Shown piece by piece: positions 52,286-64,000 of a DNA stretch of 64,000 nucleotides. The position numbers and the translations under genes were made by a program. The DNA is taken from positions 11,766,795-11,830,794 of the forward strand of contig NC_092670.1 in the NCBI RefSeq assembly GCF_964355755.1. The letters run 5' to 3'. The notes under the pieces are model-generated. The model searched no databases. It worked only from the letters and a program-made list of their open reading frames with translations, and was not told where the DNA came from. Every line of letters begins with the position of its first letter. The stretch's first letter is position 1. Source of the stretch: Antedon mediterranea. Taxonomy: Eukaryota; Animalia; Echinodermata.

Positions 52286-52630
52286 AGATATATTGTCCCC
52301 CTAAAAAAATATTTTTTTAAATTTTTTTGTTCAATATGTTATTTTAATGTCACATAATAATTATTCACTCTCATAAAAAATTGGGTCTGAAAAAAATGTA
52401 CTTACCTGAGAAAAATGTAATTTAAAGCAAAAAATGGTCAAATTGTCTGGAAGACAATAAGTTTTTGGGTAATTTAACTGTTTATTTTGTCTTTTTATAG
52501 GTGAAATATTTTTTTTTCCCCGTTTTTTTTCTTATGGAAGTAAACAGCTTCATTAAAACTGCAAAATGGCCTATTCAAAGTCCGATTTTAAAAATCTTTA
52601 TTTTTCATGATTTTGGGGGACAATACATCT
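52286..52630. mobile_element. Kolobok-like MITE (345 bp)
   Basis: TTAA|AGATATATTGTCCCCC ... GGGGGACAATACATCT|TTAA. Confidence 0.8.
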
Positions 52631-53494
52631 TTAATTTAACATATCAGTTATTTTCTATTTTTTAAATTTTCTTACTCGGATTTTTACGCCCGTATTCTTA
52701 AACCGAACTTTAGTCGTAGTTCGAGCTAAAACTTTAAAAATGACGTCATTTTAATTCATAAACCGAAATTCAACAAATCGCCGACTAAATCAGGCCAACC
52801 TCGACTAAATCGAGACGGATTTTGATCGATTTTTGTAGTCCTGGAGTGGGCAGGCTAAATGGTCGACTAAATGGTTTTTAACCGATGTTTATGAAAAACG
52901 TAACAGTCATTGAGTTGTTATATTGGCCAGATATTGAAGAATGAAATATCTATTTTTATATTAGATTTATTAAACATACATTGGTATAAGTTATAATAAT
53001 GAAAAACATCTTTATTTACAACCGTATACAAATTACATTATTTTCTTCGAGCAAGTCCGACTTGAACTACGTCACGCCATAGCGACAATGGGAGATGCGG
53101 AAATTCACCACGCGATGGAATGTTTAGGGGGCCTAGCGCTTTCTTGTCACGCTATGAAGTGTGTGGTTCGTCGCAAACATACTTTGTTGGAGGCCTAGAA
53201 AATATGAAAGTTACTGTACCACCATGATTCTTAAATATATTTTGAAGATTTTGTTTGTTGTTAATCGAAAGTACTTCACTGTTAAATTATACTGATCTTG
53301 TTCTAATAATTAACGATTACAATTATTTTTCATTTTATATAGTCCTGATGCGTAAAAAGTTTTGTACGAAAATGGAAAATTTCGTCTGCTCTCTTGTCAT
53401 TGGCCAATGTATAGCCTTTGTTACCCAGACGTGTGTAACTCGACTAAAAGCTCGACTTCATTAAGTCGAACTGCAAACTTCGACTACTTCGTTT

Positions 53495-55113
53495 CAGTGG
53501 TGGCGCCAGCGGGGGGGCTACGGGGGCTCTAGCCCCCTCGTCGGGGAGCCTAGCCCCCCCGTCGGGGAACACGGGTACTTTTTGTCGGGGAATATAATAT
53601 ACAGTAAAAAATGTTCGCGTTCACTTCATATAGCTTCAGCGCCTAGAAAACCACGTTCCATTGACCGTGAGAGTACGTCAGAGGGCTATTATGCACTTTT
53701 ATGCATTCATTTATTGCCAGCGATCTAACTTACTACTAAACATTAGCTAGGTACGCACTTGTCTGGCGGTATCCCTTTGTACGAATCGTTCAACGTTGGG
53801 TCAACACACGTGATATCAAGTTCCATCCAGGGACCAAAATGTGTAATGTAGTTATTTTCCAGGCGAAGTTTACCGACGGTTACCGAAGGGAACACGGGTA
53901 CTTTTTGTCGGGGAATAAATTATAATATACAGTAAAAAGCGTTCACGTTCACTTTGTAGCTAGCTTCAGCGCCTAGAAAACCGCGACGTTTCATTGACCG
54001 TGAGAGTACGTCAGAGTGATATTATGCACTTTATATGCATTCATTATTGCCAGCGATCTAACTTACTCCTAAACAATAGCTAGGTTCGCACTTGTCTGTT
54101 GGTATCCCTTTGTACGAATCGTTCAACGTTGGGTTGAGACGCGTGATATCATGTTCCATCCAGGGACCAAAATGTGTACTGTAGTTATTTTCCAGGTGAA
54201 GTTTACTGACGGTTACGTCGTGTACTGCGTCGACGTACGCTACACTACAGCAGCAAAAACGAATTATGTTAATTGTTCGTATGTTCACCAATTTTTTAAT
54301 TTACAAGTAACCTTCTTTACCGTGGGGCACCTAAAATAAATTTTTCATCCATTACTAAACAAAAAAACATGCCATTTTCGCTTAGCCAACATCTTATTAT
54401 AGCTAAGTTATTACATTTTCAATGTCCTGTATGTCATGAATTTCTCACCACTCGGAAGTCCAGATGGTACGCACGCATACACTTGGGAGGAATAAACTTA
54501 TTTCCCTGACTGAAAAAGGTCTACGCTTGCGTTTTTTAAGCCTCTAGGCCTGATGTTTCCAAAGTATAAAATGCTATTTTTTGAAGACCTGCAGCTCTAG
54601 TTTTAAACAGTTTCTTAGCTCAGCCCCAACAATAAAGCTGGTCATATTTCGAAGTACAAGAAGTGCATTTTCCGGGACCTAACATCTCTATTTTTCAAAC
54701 ATTTCTTAGCTCAGTCACAACCATGATAGGGACTTATATATTTTGTTTCATGTTTTGAAGTATAATAAGTTCAATTTCCGGGACCTCCAACTCTATTTTT
54801 CTAAATTTTCTTTGAACTTTTATTTTTTAAATTGTAAAATATGGATTGAAACAGTCATCGCGCATCGTTTTTTTGCACGCAGTATTTTATTTATGCATTA
54901 TAAAAAATGGAAAAAATGGCTACCCTAAATCTGATTAAAATGACCTCAAATGACGCTAGAACGCGTTGCTTCCGGGGGCTTCGCCCCCTGGACCCCCACC
55001 GGGGGTTCTTGGCGGCCCCCAGGCCCCCAGCCTAGTGATGCTCGCTTCGCTCGCATAGCCCCCTCGTCGGGGAATGTAGCCCCCGCGTCGGGAAGATCCT
55101 GGCGCCACCCCTG
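53495..55113. mobile_element. hAT-type non-autonomous element with an internal ~325-bp tandem duplication
   Basis: CAGTGGTGGCGCCAG ... CTGGCGCCACCCCTG with 8-bp TSD cttcgttt. Internal repeat ~53566-53885 / 53888-54215. It sits inside an older IR element (agtcgtagttcgag ~52712 vs ctcgaactacgact ~55145). Confidence 0.85.
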
Positions 55114-55210
55114 CTTCGTTTTTTAATCGAATTTGAAGTAACTACTCGAACTACGACTTTTTCAACTCCTCACTTTTCTTAGGATGTTTACCCTGTCTTG
55201 ATAATGAAGT

Positions 55211-56994
55211 AATCTTGCATGGATTACTCTCGGTTTTCCATCTTGTTTAGGCTTACTGGGTGCACGTTTATGTTGTTTATGAAATGGTTAAAAGAGCTAT
55301 TGGGAGGCCTAATAGATAATACCAACAATACTAGTTTTGGTAGATTTTGTTACCGTAGGCGTCCATCATAAATAAATTACAAATTTTGTAGATACTGATG
55401 TTCCTTTATTTATTCTCTGAACTATCTCTTGTATCTCTACAGATTACAGTATCATTAGCAACTTGAATAAACACCGTGAAAACTTGTAGCCTTATTGGAG
55501 CCTATGGTAAAGATACTTTTAACAATGATTATCTCTAAACTTTATGTCATAACAAAATGTCTTATTCTCTCTTATCACTTTTTATCTATCTGAACTCTAG
55601 AGGGCCTCCTGTAAGTAGGCTGCAATTACACTCCCACCCAAATCATCTATGATTTAACCTTAACTCCCACCCTTGCCAGAATAAACACAAGTAATGCAAA
55701 ACTGGAAGTATATTAACAATATTTACCAAAACTATAAAGAATAAGTTAACAGTTTGTATTTTTGAATTCTTTTCGTTCACTTGTTGAAACTCGACTTTTA
55801 TATTTACAATTTGTTCCTTTAATTCTTTTCCTTGATTTTCAATCCAATCTTTATTCCGATTCTGCTCCGTCGATACCTTCTCTTCAGATATATCATTTAT
55901 TCCTTTGAAGAGCTTTTTCGTTTCTTCCTCTAGCATAATCTCATGCTTTTCAGTTAATTCATCTGTGATTTTCTTTGTAACAGCTTCAATCTCTTCTGCA
56001 TGAGATTCTGCTAACTGCTGTCGAATGTTCTGGAATTCTTGAACAAATTCGTTCTCTTTGTCCGATTTTTCAGTACAGAATTGAACCTTGAAATGGTCTT
56101 CAATCTTGCATGGATTACTCTCGGTTTTCCATCTTGTTTAGGCTTACTGGGTGCACGTTTATGTTGTTTATGAAATGGTTAAAAGAGCTATTGGGAGGCC
56201 TAATAGATAATACCAACAATACTAGTTTTGGTAGATTTTGTTACCGTAGGCGTCCATCATAAATAAATTACAAATTTTGTAGATACTGATGTTCCTTTAT
56301 TTATTCTCTGAACTATCTCTTGTATCTCTACAGATTACAGTATCATTAGCAACTTGAATAAACACCGTGAAAACTTGTAGCCTTATTGGAGCCTATGGTA
56401 AAGATACTTTTAACAATGATTATCTCTAAACTTTATGTCATAACAAAATGTCTTATTCTCTCTTATCACTTTTTATCTATCTGAACTCTAGAGGGCCTCC
56501 TGTAAGTAGGCTGCAATTACACTCCCACCCAAATCATCTATGATTTAACCTTAACTCCCACCCTTGCCAGAATAAACACAAGTAATGCAAAACTGGAAGT
56601 ATATTAACAATATTTACCAAAACTATAAAGAATAAGTTAACAGTTTGTATTTTTGAATTCTTTTCGTTCACTTGTTGAAACTCGACTTTTATATTTACAA
56701 TTTGTTCCTTTAATTCTTTTCCTTGATTTTCAATCCAATCTTTATTCCGATTCTGCTCCGTCGATACCTTCTCTTCAGATATATCATTTATTCCTTTGAA
56801 GAGCTTTTTCGTTTCTTCCTCTAGCATAATCTCATGCTTTTCAGTTAATTCATCTGTGATTTTCTTTGTAACAGCTTCAATCTCTTCTGCATGAGATTCT
56901 GCTAACTGCTGTCGAATGTTCTGGAATTCTTGAACAAATTCGTTCTCTTTGTCCGATTTTTCAGTACAGAATTGAACCTTGAAATGGTCTTCAA
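55211..56994 (+). repeat. 891-bp tandem duplication spanning the flank, 3' LTR and ORF end of the second BEL element
   Basis: 55211-56103 is repeated at 56102-56994 with AA microhomology at the junction. It creates a third LTR at 55348-55630. Confidence 0.93.
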
Positions 56995-59838
56995 CTTCTT
57001 CTACTTTGGGTTTCATTTTGCGATCAATTTCAGCAACAACTTCAGAACGCTGTTGGTTTAATGCAATGCGATGGATATCTTCTTGATGGGCACTTTCATC
57101 TTCAAACCTTTTCCGATATTCATTTTCCAATCTTTCTTTTTCATCAATAAACTGGGTAACTCTTTCATCTAACTCTGAAGTTTTCTTCTGCTTTTCTTGG
57201 TTAGCTTCATCAAGCTCTCGATGAAGTTGCAAATTTACATCTTCTTTTTTTCCATTTTCTCTGTTAGTTCCTTGTTGTGATTATTAAGAAGTGCAACTTG
57301 ATCTTCGAAGTCTTTTTGGATGTTCTGACAAGCCTCTAAGTCCATCTCTTTCTCATCTAATTGGTCTTGGAGTTCCTTTAAATTCTGTTCTAATGCATCT
57401 CTAATTTTGTTATTAGTTTCAGCATCTTCTTCACATTTCTTTTGCAATTCTTGCATTTCATTCTGGTGTCTTTCCTGCAGCTATGACTTAATCATAACAA
57501 TTTGTCGTCCATAAGTCTCATCAAGTTCTGCATGTAGTAAAGCCAATTGTTCACTAATGTTAGGTGGATTAGACGCTACAGCCTGTTGAAGTTGTTTGTT
57601 CATATAAGCAAGTTCGTCATCTGATTTCCTTTTAACCAGATCTTTTTCTTCTTTAATTTCTGCTAACTCATCATTTTTCTTAGCATACTTTGTGGCTAAA
57701 TCCTGCAATAGTGTCTCTTTCTTAGTGACAGTCTCTTGTAACTTGATAACCTGCATTTGTGCTTCAGTCATCTCGTGAGCTGAATCTCTCTCGTTTACAT
57801 GTAGACTTGTTGGATGTCTCCTTTGGCAAATTTTACAAATACTTTTCTGGTTACAGTTCCTTGACACATGGCCATGTTGTAAGCAGCTGAAGCATAGACC
57901 ATTTTGCTTGATGTATTGCTGTTTTTTGGTTTCAGGTTTTCTGGCAAACGCTCTGCAGTCACTTAGGTGATGGTTATTCATTTTACACATGAAGCATGAT
58001 GGCATTCCACTGATACTGGTGGCTAGCGTTTGAGATTGGTTTCGATATCTTGAACTTTTTTCTGTGAATTTTGTTTCATTTTCTGGTATTAAGGTAACAG
58101 GATCGCAAACAATTTCAGCTTCGGTCGTCAAAAATGTGGAAAAGTCATTGAATGTTGGATAACTACCCTTGATTTGCATAGCGCTCACTGCGTTTCTTCG
58201 CCATCTATTCACTAACCAATCTGGTAATTTTTGAAGAATTTTCCGATTTTCTCTGCTGTCATTAAGAACTTCCAAGCCTTTCATTTCCTTCATTGCTATG
58301 TTGCATTGGTTCAGAAAGTCAGAGAGTCGCCTAAGGCCATTGTAATCTCTTGCTTGAATCCTTGGCCAGCTGTCTAATTTGTCTCTAAATGCTTCGGAAA
58401 CTATAAATGGATTTCCATATCTTTTTTCTAAAACTGCTTTAGCGTTTTCATAAGCATGTTCACCTTGTAGCAGAAGGTATCCACTGACAACTTCCTTTGC
58501 TGGGCCTCCTATGTATCTCTTAAGGTAGTGAATTCTGTCTGCTTTAGAAATTCCTTTATTTTCGATTAAACATCTAAAGGATGCGTTCCAATCATAGTAC
58601 TTAAGAGGATCGCCATCGAATATTGGTGGCTCTGGTGCTGGTATGCGGTTCATACTGAAGGCTGAAAAAAAGGCTTCTGCTAAAGCGTTTAAGTCTGTGG
58701 TACTGCTAGATTGATTTTGAGGCATTGTCGGTTGGGCTGTTGTTGCTTGTGTCTGTGTCATTAGAGGTTGAGGTTTGGTTAGGTTGCGAAACCTTAGTGC
58801 ATGATCATTTGAGGTTTGGTGTGGTGTGGTCATAATTTCTCGATATCCGTTCTGAATTTCCTGTTGAATTGCATCAACTCGTGCATTCTCTACAGCTGCA
58901 GCTTGTTTAGCCTCTAAAACTTTGAACTCTGCTTCAGCTTTGGCATGTTCTGTTCTTTGCTGTGCTTCCCGCCTTATTTCTTCAAGCCTTGCTTCTGCTT
59001 TCTTAATTTCCATTTCAGCTTCCTTTGCTGTAAGGTCTGCTTTCTGTTTAGCCATTTTTTCAGCAAATTGAGCAGTTTTGTTGGCTGCAGCAGCATTCGC
59101 CACGGCTTGAGCTTTAATGCTAACAATAGATCTACATGAACTCTTTGATGCTGCAGATTTTGAGGCTTGACACTCAAGGGCTAATGCATGTGCCTTATCC
59201 ATAGCACTTGTTATACTAGCTTTGATGGAGTTGGCAATGGTGAGATATATGTTCTCATTCTCCAGGTGATCTTTGCGATGAATACCATCTCTATCTTGTG
59301 CATACAATTTATTCAATACGCACCAAGCATCACTATATTCCTTTAATGCAGCTTTAGCTTTGCATAATGCAGTTTGTATCTCAAATACGTCGCTTGGAAC
59401 ATCTTCTAGTTCACTTGATGCTTCTTGAGCCTTTCTCTGAGTTTGACTCAACAGTTTTACTTCAGTAGCAATGCTAATTGACAGGTCCTTATCTGTAGGG
59501 CGTCTCTCACTCTGTTCTCTTAGATTCATTGAGTTTTCATCAGCTAAGTTTTCACTGTTACCGTAGGCGTCCATCATAAATAAATTACAAATTTTGTAGA
59601 TACTGATGTTCCTTTATTTATTCTCTGAACTATCTCTTGTATCTCTACAAATTACAGTATCATTAGCAACTTGAATAAACACCGTGAAAACTTGTAGCCT
59701 TATTGGAGCCTATGGTAAAGATACTTTTAACAATGATTATCTCTAAACTTTATGTCATAAAAAAATGTCTTATTCTCTCTTATCACTTTTTATCTATCTG
59801 AACTCTAGAGGGCCTCCTGTAAGTAGGCTGCAGTTACA
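56239..59838 (-). mobile_element. Non-autonomous BEL/Pao LTR element, gag fused to a captured coiled-coil segment, no pol
   Basis: 283-bp TG...CA LTRs at 59556-59838 and 56239-56521 (3 differences). 5-bp TSD gattt. PPT tgggtgggag, and GTGAAAA after the 5' LTR. Gag has PPIFDGDP, RYGNP, KLPDWL and C-C-H-C/C-C-H-C/C-C-H-H knuckles. Confidence 0.93.
56534..59577 (-). pseudogene. Gag / coiled-coil (AKAP9/pericentrin-like) fusion ORF, ~1010 codons, broken by one stop (57481-57483) and one homopolymer frameshift (~57245)
   Basis: ORFs 59577-57481 and 57456-57235 are in one frame (KS*LQERHQNEMQ). One extra A in the A-run joins the third piece (EKKEDVNLQLHRE). The coiled coil starts right after HPTSLH. 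Confidence 0.8.
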
Positions 59839-60200
59839 GATTTGTCCTCTGAATTTGGCACGATAGATCACGACATCCTTGTCAGTCATTTTTAGAGGGA
59901 ATTTGGTATTACTGGCTCTGTTTACATTGGGTAACTAGCTACCATCAAGACCGTTATAGTAGAGTTTGTGAACTTGGTGAATACTCTAGAAACCATATTT
60001 TCCAGTACGGTGTTTCTCTGAGGGGTCTATGGTTGAACCTCTTATTTTCACTGTGTATGATCAACCTATCGCTGATATTATTAAGCGTTTTGATGTAGCT
60101 TATCACATATATAATACGCTGACGATACACAATGTATGTCAGTTTTGATCATAGGTCGGAGGATGGTTTATCGGCTGCTAAACACAAACTTATTGGGTGG
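59839..60200 (+). mobile_element. Old L2-type RT fragment, the target of the BEL insertion
   Basis: ILVLV|DLSSEFGTIDHDIL reads across the TSD, followed by YGV..GS..PLIFTVY and YADDTQ. Confidence 0.75.
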
Positions 60201-61040
60201 AACATATCACATGCTGTCGTGTAAACATGGTATATATTAAACTAATTTGTCATTTTGGCTGGTGGTCGTGGTACACCATGACTGAATTATTCAACATTTT
60301 GACTAATGTACGAGCATGTTTGAAGTTATGCTATATAAATAAATGAGTTATTAATGTGAATGGTTGTAAACAAGTTCTGTTGTAGTATTCTTTGATAGTG
60401 GGTTATATTTGTGAGGTGTGTCTGAAATGGGGTTTTGTTAGACGACCATGGCATGATACTAAGGTGTATTAATCAGTTTCGGTAAACGAGCTCTGTGACG
60501 GATTTAATAGAAGAATGAGAGTCAGCAAGGTTGGCAGTAATGCCAGACAATGCCGCCTCTCACTTTGTTGTTAAATAAAAACAGACCTAATCAGGCAGAC
60601 GTTTCAGAATTAACTAATAGTGAAATAGCCCATGTGGTGTACATATAAATGTGTACGAGGGTATGTGTGTTTCTGTACCGTAGGCTTTTGTCATGAAAGT
60701 AAAAAAGCACATACCACCTAAATCGAAACAAATAGATGTAGAAGTGAGAGGTACGCTTTCTTTCAAATTCTAAATCGAAATTTGCTATTTCTAGACTGGA
60801 TTATGAGTTATTGTTTGTATTGTTATGTCACTGATCATATCTAAGATAACTACTTTTGTATAAGGTTCGTATCAATAGACAAATGGTGTCTTGTACCACC
60901 ATGGTACTAATACAATTTATTACTGATTGTAAAGAGTCATTCACAATAGTTTCCTAGTCAGTAGAAAACTTCCTTCTAGACTTACTATAGGCAAAACAAT
61001 TATATTTTTGTATGAACATTTCAAAGAAACTTCACTTGTG

Positions 61041-61374
61041 CACTGTTAAAACAATTCTTGTAAAAAAACGGTAAATTACTTGCAATCTGGACGCCAGTAA
61101 TTTACCGTAATGTAGAATTACAGGTACTGTTGAAAATAAAATACTGTAAAACTACAGTAAATTACTGTTGGTCATAAAGTCGGTTGTCTACCGCAATGTA
61201 GAATCACAGGTACTGTTGAAAATAAATTACTGTAAAACTACAGTAAATTACTGTTGGTCATAAAGTCGGTTGTCTACCGTAATGTAGAATCACAGGTACT
61301 GTTGAAAATAAATTACTATAAAACTACAGTAAATTACTGTTGGTCATAAAGTTGGTTGTCTACCGTAATGTAGG
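61041..61374. repeat. CACTG-initiated EnSpm-like arm with an 86-bp tandem repeat x3
   Basis: taccgYaatgtag recurs at 61103, 61189, 61275 and 61361, preceded by cactgttaaaa at 61041. Confidence 0.75.
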
Positions 61375-61677
61375 ATAGACTTGTGACATGAGTACTTCAA
61401 CTATAGTGAAAGGAGTGGTGCAATTCTTCTAGAAAATCGTCATAGATTGGCTCTGTACGGTACAATTTAGAAAGTCAGACATCTAGTACAGTTCAGTTTT
61501 AAGTATTAATGTAAGTTGTGCAATTTATGTAACAGTAGGCCTACTTTTTTTCCAAACATTTATTGATATGATAGGTATAACTCTGAGTTTATTTTTCTTA
61601 TTTCATACACATCCAACAGCTAGCACAAACTCGCCAATCACAGAATGGATAAACTATTTAATAAATTATTGTGCCCT

Positions 61678-61815
61678 AAAACTAAGTCTTATTTGAGACT
61701 TAGGGAGTGGAGTTGAAAGAGTTGTGAGTTACAAACCCTGCACTAGGTCCGGATTGAACCCCGGTCCTTGGGATTGGAAGGAAAGCACGTCAACCACCAA
61801 ACTACAGCTCCACTG
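61678..61815 (-). mobile_element. tRNA-derived SINE
   Basis: Reverse complement ggagctgtagtttggtggttg...ccttccaatcccaaggaccggggttcaatcc...cactccctaagtctcaaataagac is homologous to 20555-20691. Confidence 0.75.
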
Positions 61816-62470
61816 CATTGTATAATTGATACGCTAGATGACAGACAGGAAGAGAGTGGGGTTGAAATGGCTTGTTGCCGTTAATTTTACTTAGGCCTAT
61901 ATTACTTATACAATCATGATGGAAACCGCCATCGTTTATTGTCGCAACAATAAACAAACAGATACAATTCTACTGTTTACTGTTTTCACTTTTAAATGAC
62001 AGTTCTAGTAACAGTACCTTTCATGTTTTAACTTAATGGTTAACATTCAATTTGTTTGTTGGTTCTTTCCTCTGCAACCGTTCTCAGCTTTCTTTTCCTT
62101 GTGAAAAAGTAAATATAATATTGTTCAATGAAGATCATCAATCATTCAAAAGGATAAATTGTCTTAATCAATGAGAATGAAAATGAAAAAATAATTTAAA
62201 ACATTTTGACAATGACGAATTCTCATAATTTGATAATATTTGTCCAGTATTATGCAAATTGGATGGTTCTTCCATGTTAGGTCCTCTAAAGTTAGTTTTG
62301 TATAGGTAAATTTAGCCTAAACATATAGGCGAATATTAAATTTAGTACTTTACTTTTTGATAAACTTCCGATAATGTTACTTTGCAAAACAAGATGAATT
62401 GATCCATAAACAGTTTATTTTAAATACAACAAATTACATTTTTCAGAAATGAAGACAGAAAACTGACAAT

Positions 62471-63085
62471 ATGGCAACAGGTAATGTTAAAGATTGAAAA
62501 TAACTGATTTCATCTTGCATACCACCAACATTTCAAATTAAATTTCTTTAAAATGTTCTCTTTTAAATAATTTTATAGATTTTACTGTGAATTTAGTGAA
62601 CGTTTCAGGATGGTATGATGACCACAACCTCTTTCGACAGCTGAAAGTGTTATACCACGATTTAATTACAGTAGCGAACATAGACAAAGCCAAGAAAACA
62701 ATAGACTTACTGCACCAATTAATGACATCAGGATATTTGAGTTCAGACAAGCCTTCGTTACTTTACGAAACAATCAAAGTAACTCAAACATTTGAAGTAA
62801 TGAAAGTTGTCCAACAATCTTTCTTCGAAGATCAAGAAATCAAAATTACAACGTTCACTCCATATCGACACTGGATTTTAGATTTCGGAAATGGACTTAC
62901 ACAGGCTGATGTAGAAAACATTGATGCACTGTACAATGGTACTGCGCTAAAGAAATACCAAGATGCTTGGAGTATGATTTTGGATTTTGAACACAGACAA
63001 ATACTTTGTGAAGACAAAATTGAAGAATTTATTACCAGTCTTAACAAAATTGGACTACACTCAAAGGTGGAATGCCTGACTAAAG
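62471..63085 (+). CDS. 5' part of a gene encoding a tandem death-effector-domain (DED)-like protein (coding exons 62471-62480 and 62579-63085)
   Basis: ATGGCAACAG|GT, a 98-nt intron, then AG|AT give MATDFTVNLVNVSGWYDD... The 507-nt exon is symmetric phase 1-1 and ends AAAG|GTATG. It has two helical repeats with DED-like patterns (LKVLYHD..TIDLLHQL..GYLS..LLYETI; FTPYR..L..FG..LT..DV; DAWSMILDFE). Confidence 0.7.
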
Positions 63086-64000
63086 GTATGTTGTAGGACA
63101 AAATTTGCAAAACCATGTTTATTTGAGGAAAACTATGAAAATAGTGAAATCCACATTTTTTCCGAATAGAAGTACCTAAATAATGTAACAAACAAATAAA
63201 ACAACTTAAAAAAATTGTTTGTATAGTTTTCACATTGACCGACTGGCTTCCAACGTTTTATAATCTTCTTAATTATAATAATTACTAATGTTTAATGTGA
63301 ATATTTCTGAAATGGAAACATTGGAATTGTATTTTTATCAATGAAATGGATAAATGGTCTGAATTTATGATTCGAATGATAGACTTGTCATGAGGTAAAA
63401 TATTAATCTATTCTTATTATTTATTTATCAGGTCAAACAGTAGATAAATAAAAATAGACGTTTTTTCCACTCTATCACAGCTCACCTTTGGCATGGGCGT
63501 CTCTATTTGTCATCGAATATGTTCGATTCAAATCTAAATTCTTTGATATTTTTTACGATTAACATTGGACGATCATAACAGTGGTGATGATATCGTGATT
63601 AGGGGATCTAGGATTCTAGCCTGAATTACGGTTCTGACGTGCTATAAAATACTAGTTTATAGTGTTTCAAAAAGAGCGACGTTTCGGAACCATCATGGAA
63701 CCATTCTCAAGATCAAAATGAGTAAAGAAATTATAGTAAATGTCTCTTAATTCGTTTTTGTATTGCATCGAGAACAGTTTAACACAAATAACATTTTCAG
63801 ATGAGTATACCACTAGTATGAACTTTTGCCAATGAGCTATGCTCGACGCGATTATGAGGTCATGTTCCGAATATGAGTACTGTTTCTATAATTTGACAGT
63901 ATGATTTATATATAATTTACACAGTGCTACGCAACACAATTGATTTATATATTCCGTACCACGCCGAGAATGTTGAAGAGTCGCTATCCAATCGAGTTTG

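Noticed and set aside
56534-57790. env gene interpretation of the coiled-coil/hydrophobic region
   Set aside because: No signal peptide, furin site or cysteine-rich ectodomain. It is fused to Gag and resembles a cytoplasmic coiled coil.
59556-59577. ATG start of the 698-aa ORF inside the LTR
   Set aside because: May be incidental upstream openness. The in-frame ATG at ~59529 (MNLREQ) downstream of the LTR is at least as plausible.
61740-61815. Possible tRNA-Gly gene
   Set aside because: No proper acceptor stem, and it continues into a body shared with other dispersed copies, so it is a SINE head.
63672-63712. Hammerhead/Penelope-like motif (cttgagaa...gaaacgtcg on the minus strand)
   Set aside because: The core deviates from CUGAnGA, stem II is mismatched, and no Penelope RT or GIY-YIG is visible nearby.

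Overview
AT-rich (roughly one-third GC) spliceosomal-intron metazoan DNA, probably a marine invertebrate. Echinoderm-like is an inference from the TAGGCCTA-rich composition and the style of the DED exon. The window is mostly nested transposable elements: a 5'-truncated L2/CR1 LINE, RTE and Tx1 relics, two adjacent minisatellites (80 bp x22, 64 bp x31), CMC/EnSpm-, MULE-, hAT-, P-, Kolobok- and Helentron-type non-autonomous elements, tRNA-derived SINEs and two recent tandem duplications. There are three LTR retrotransposons with paired LTRs and TSDs: a BEL/Pao lacking RT-RNaseH, a Gmr1-type Gypsy (INT before RT), and a 3.6-kb BEL/Pao in which pol is replaced by an intronless coiled-coil segment fused in frame to Gag. 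That segment carries a motif resembling AKAP9/pericentrin and is the most unusual feature. Host coding sequence is sparse: a probable first exon of a single-pass membrane protein (5095-5371), a tandem death-effector-domain gene start (62471-63085) and a possible minus-strand exon (166-290). All family calls come from reading motifs, not from database searches.
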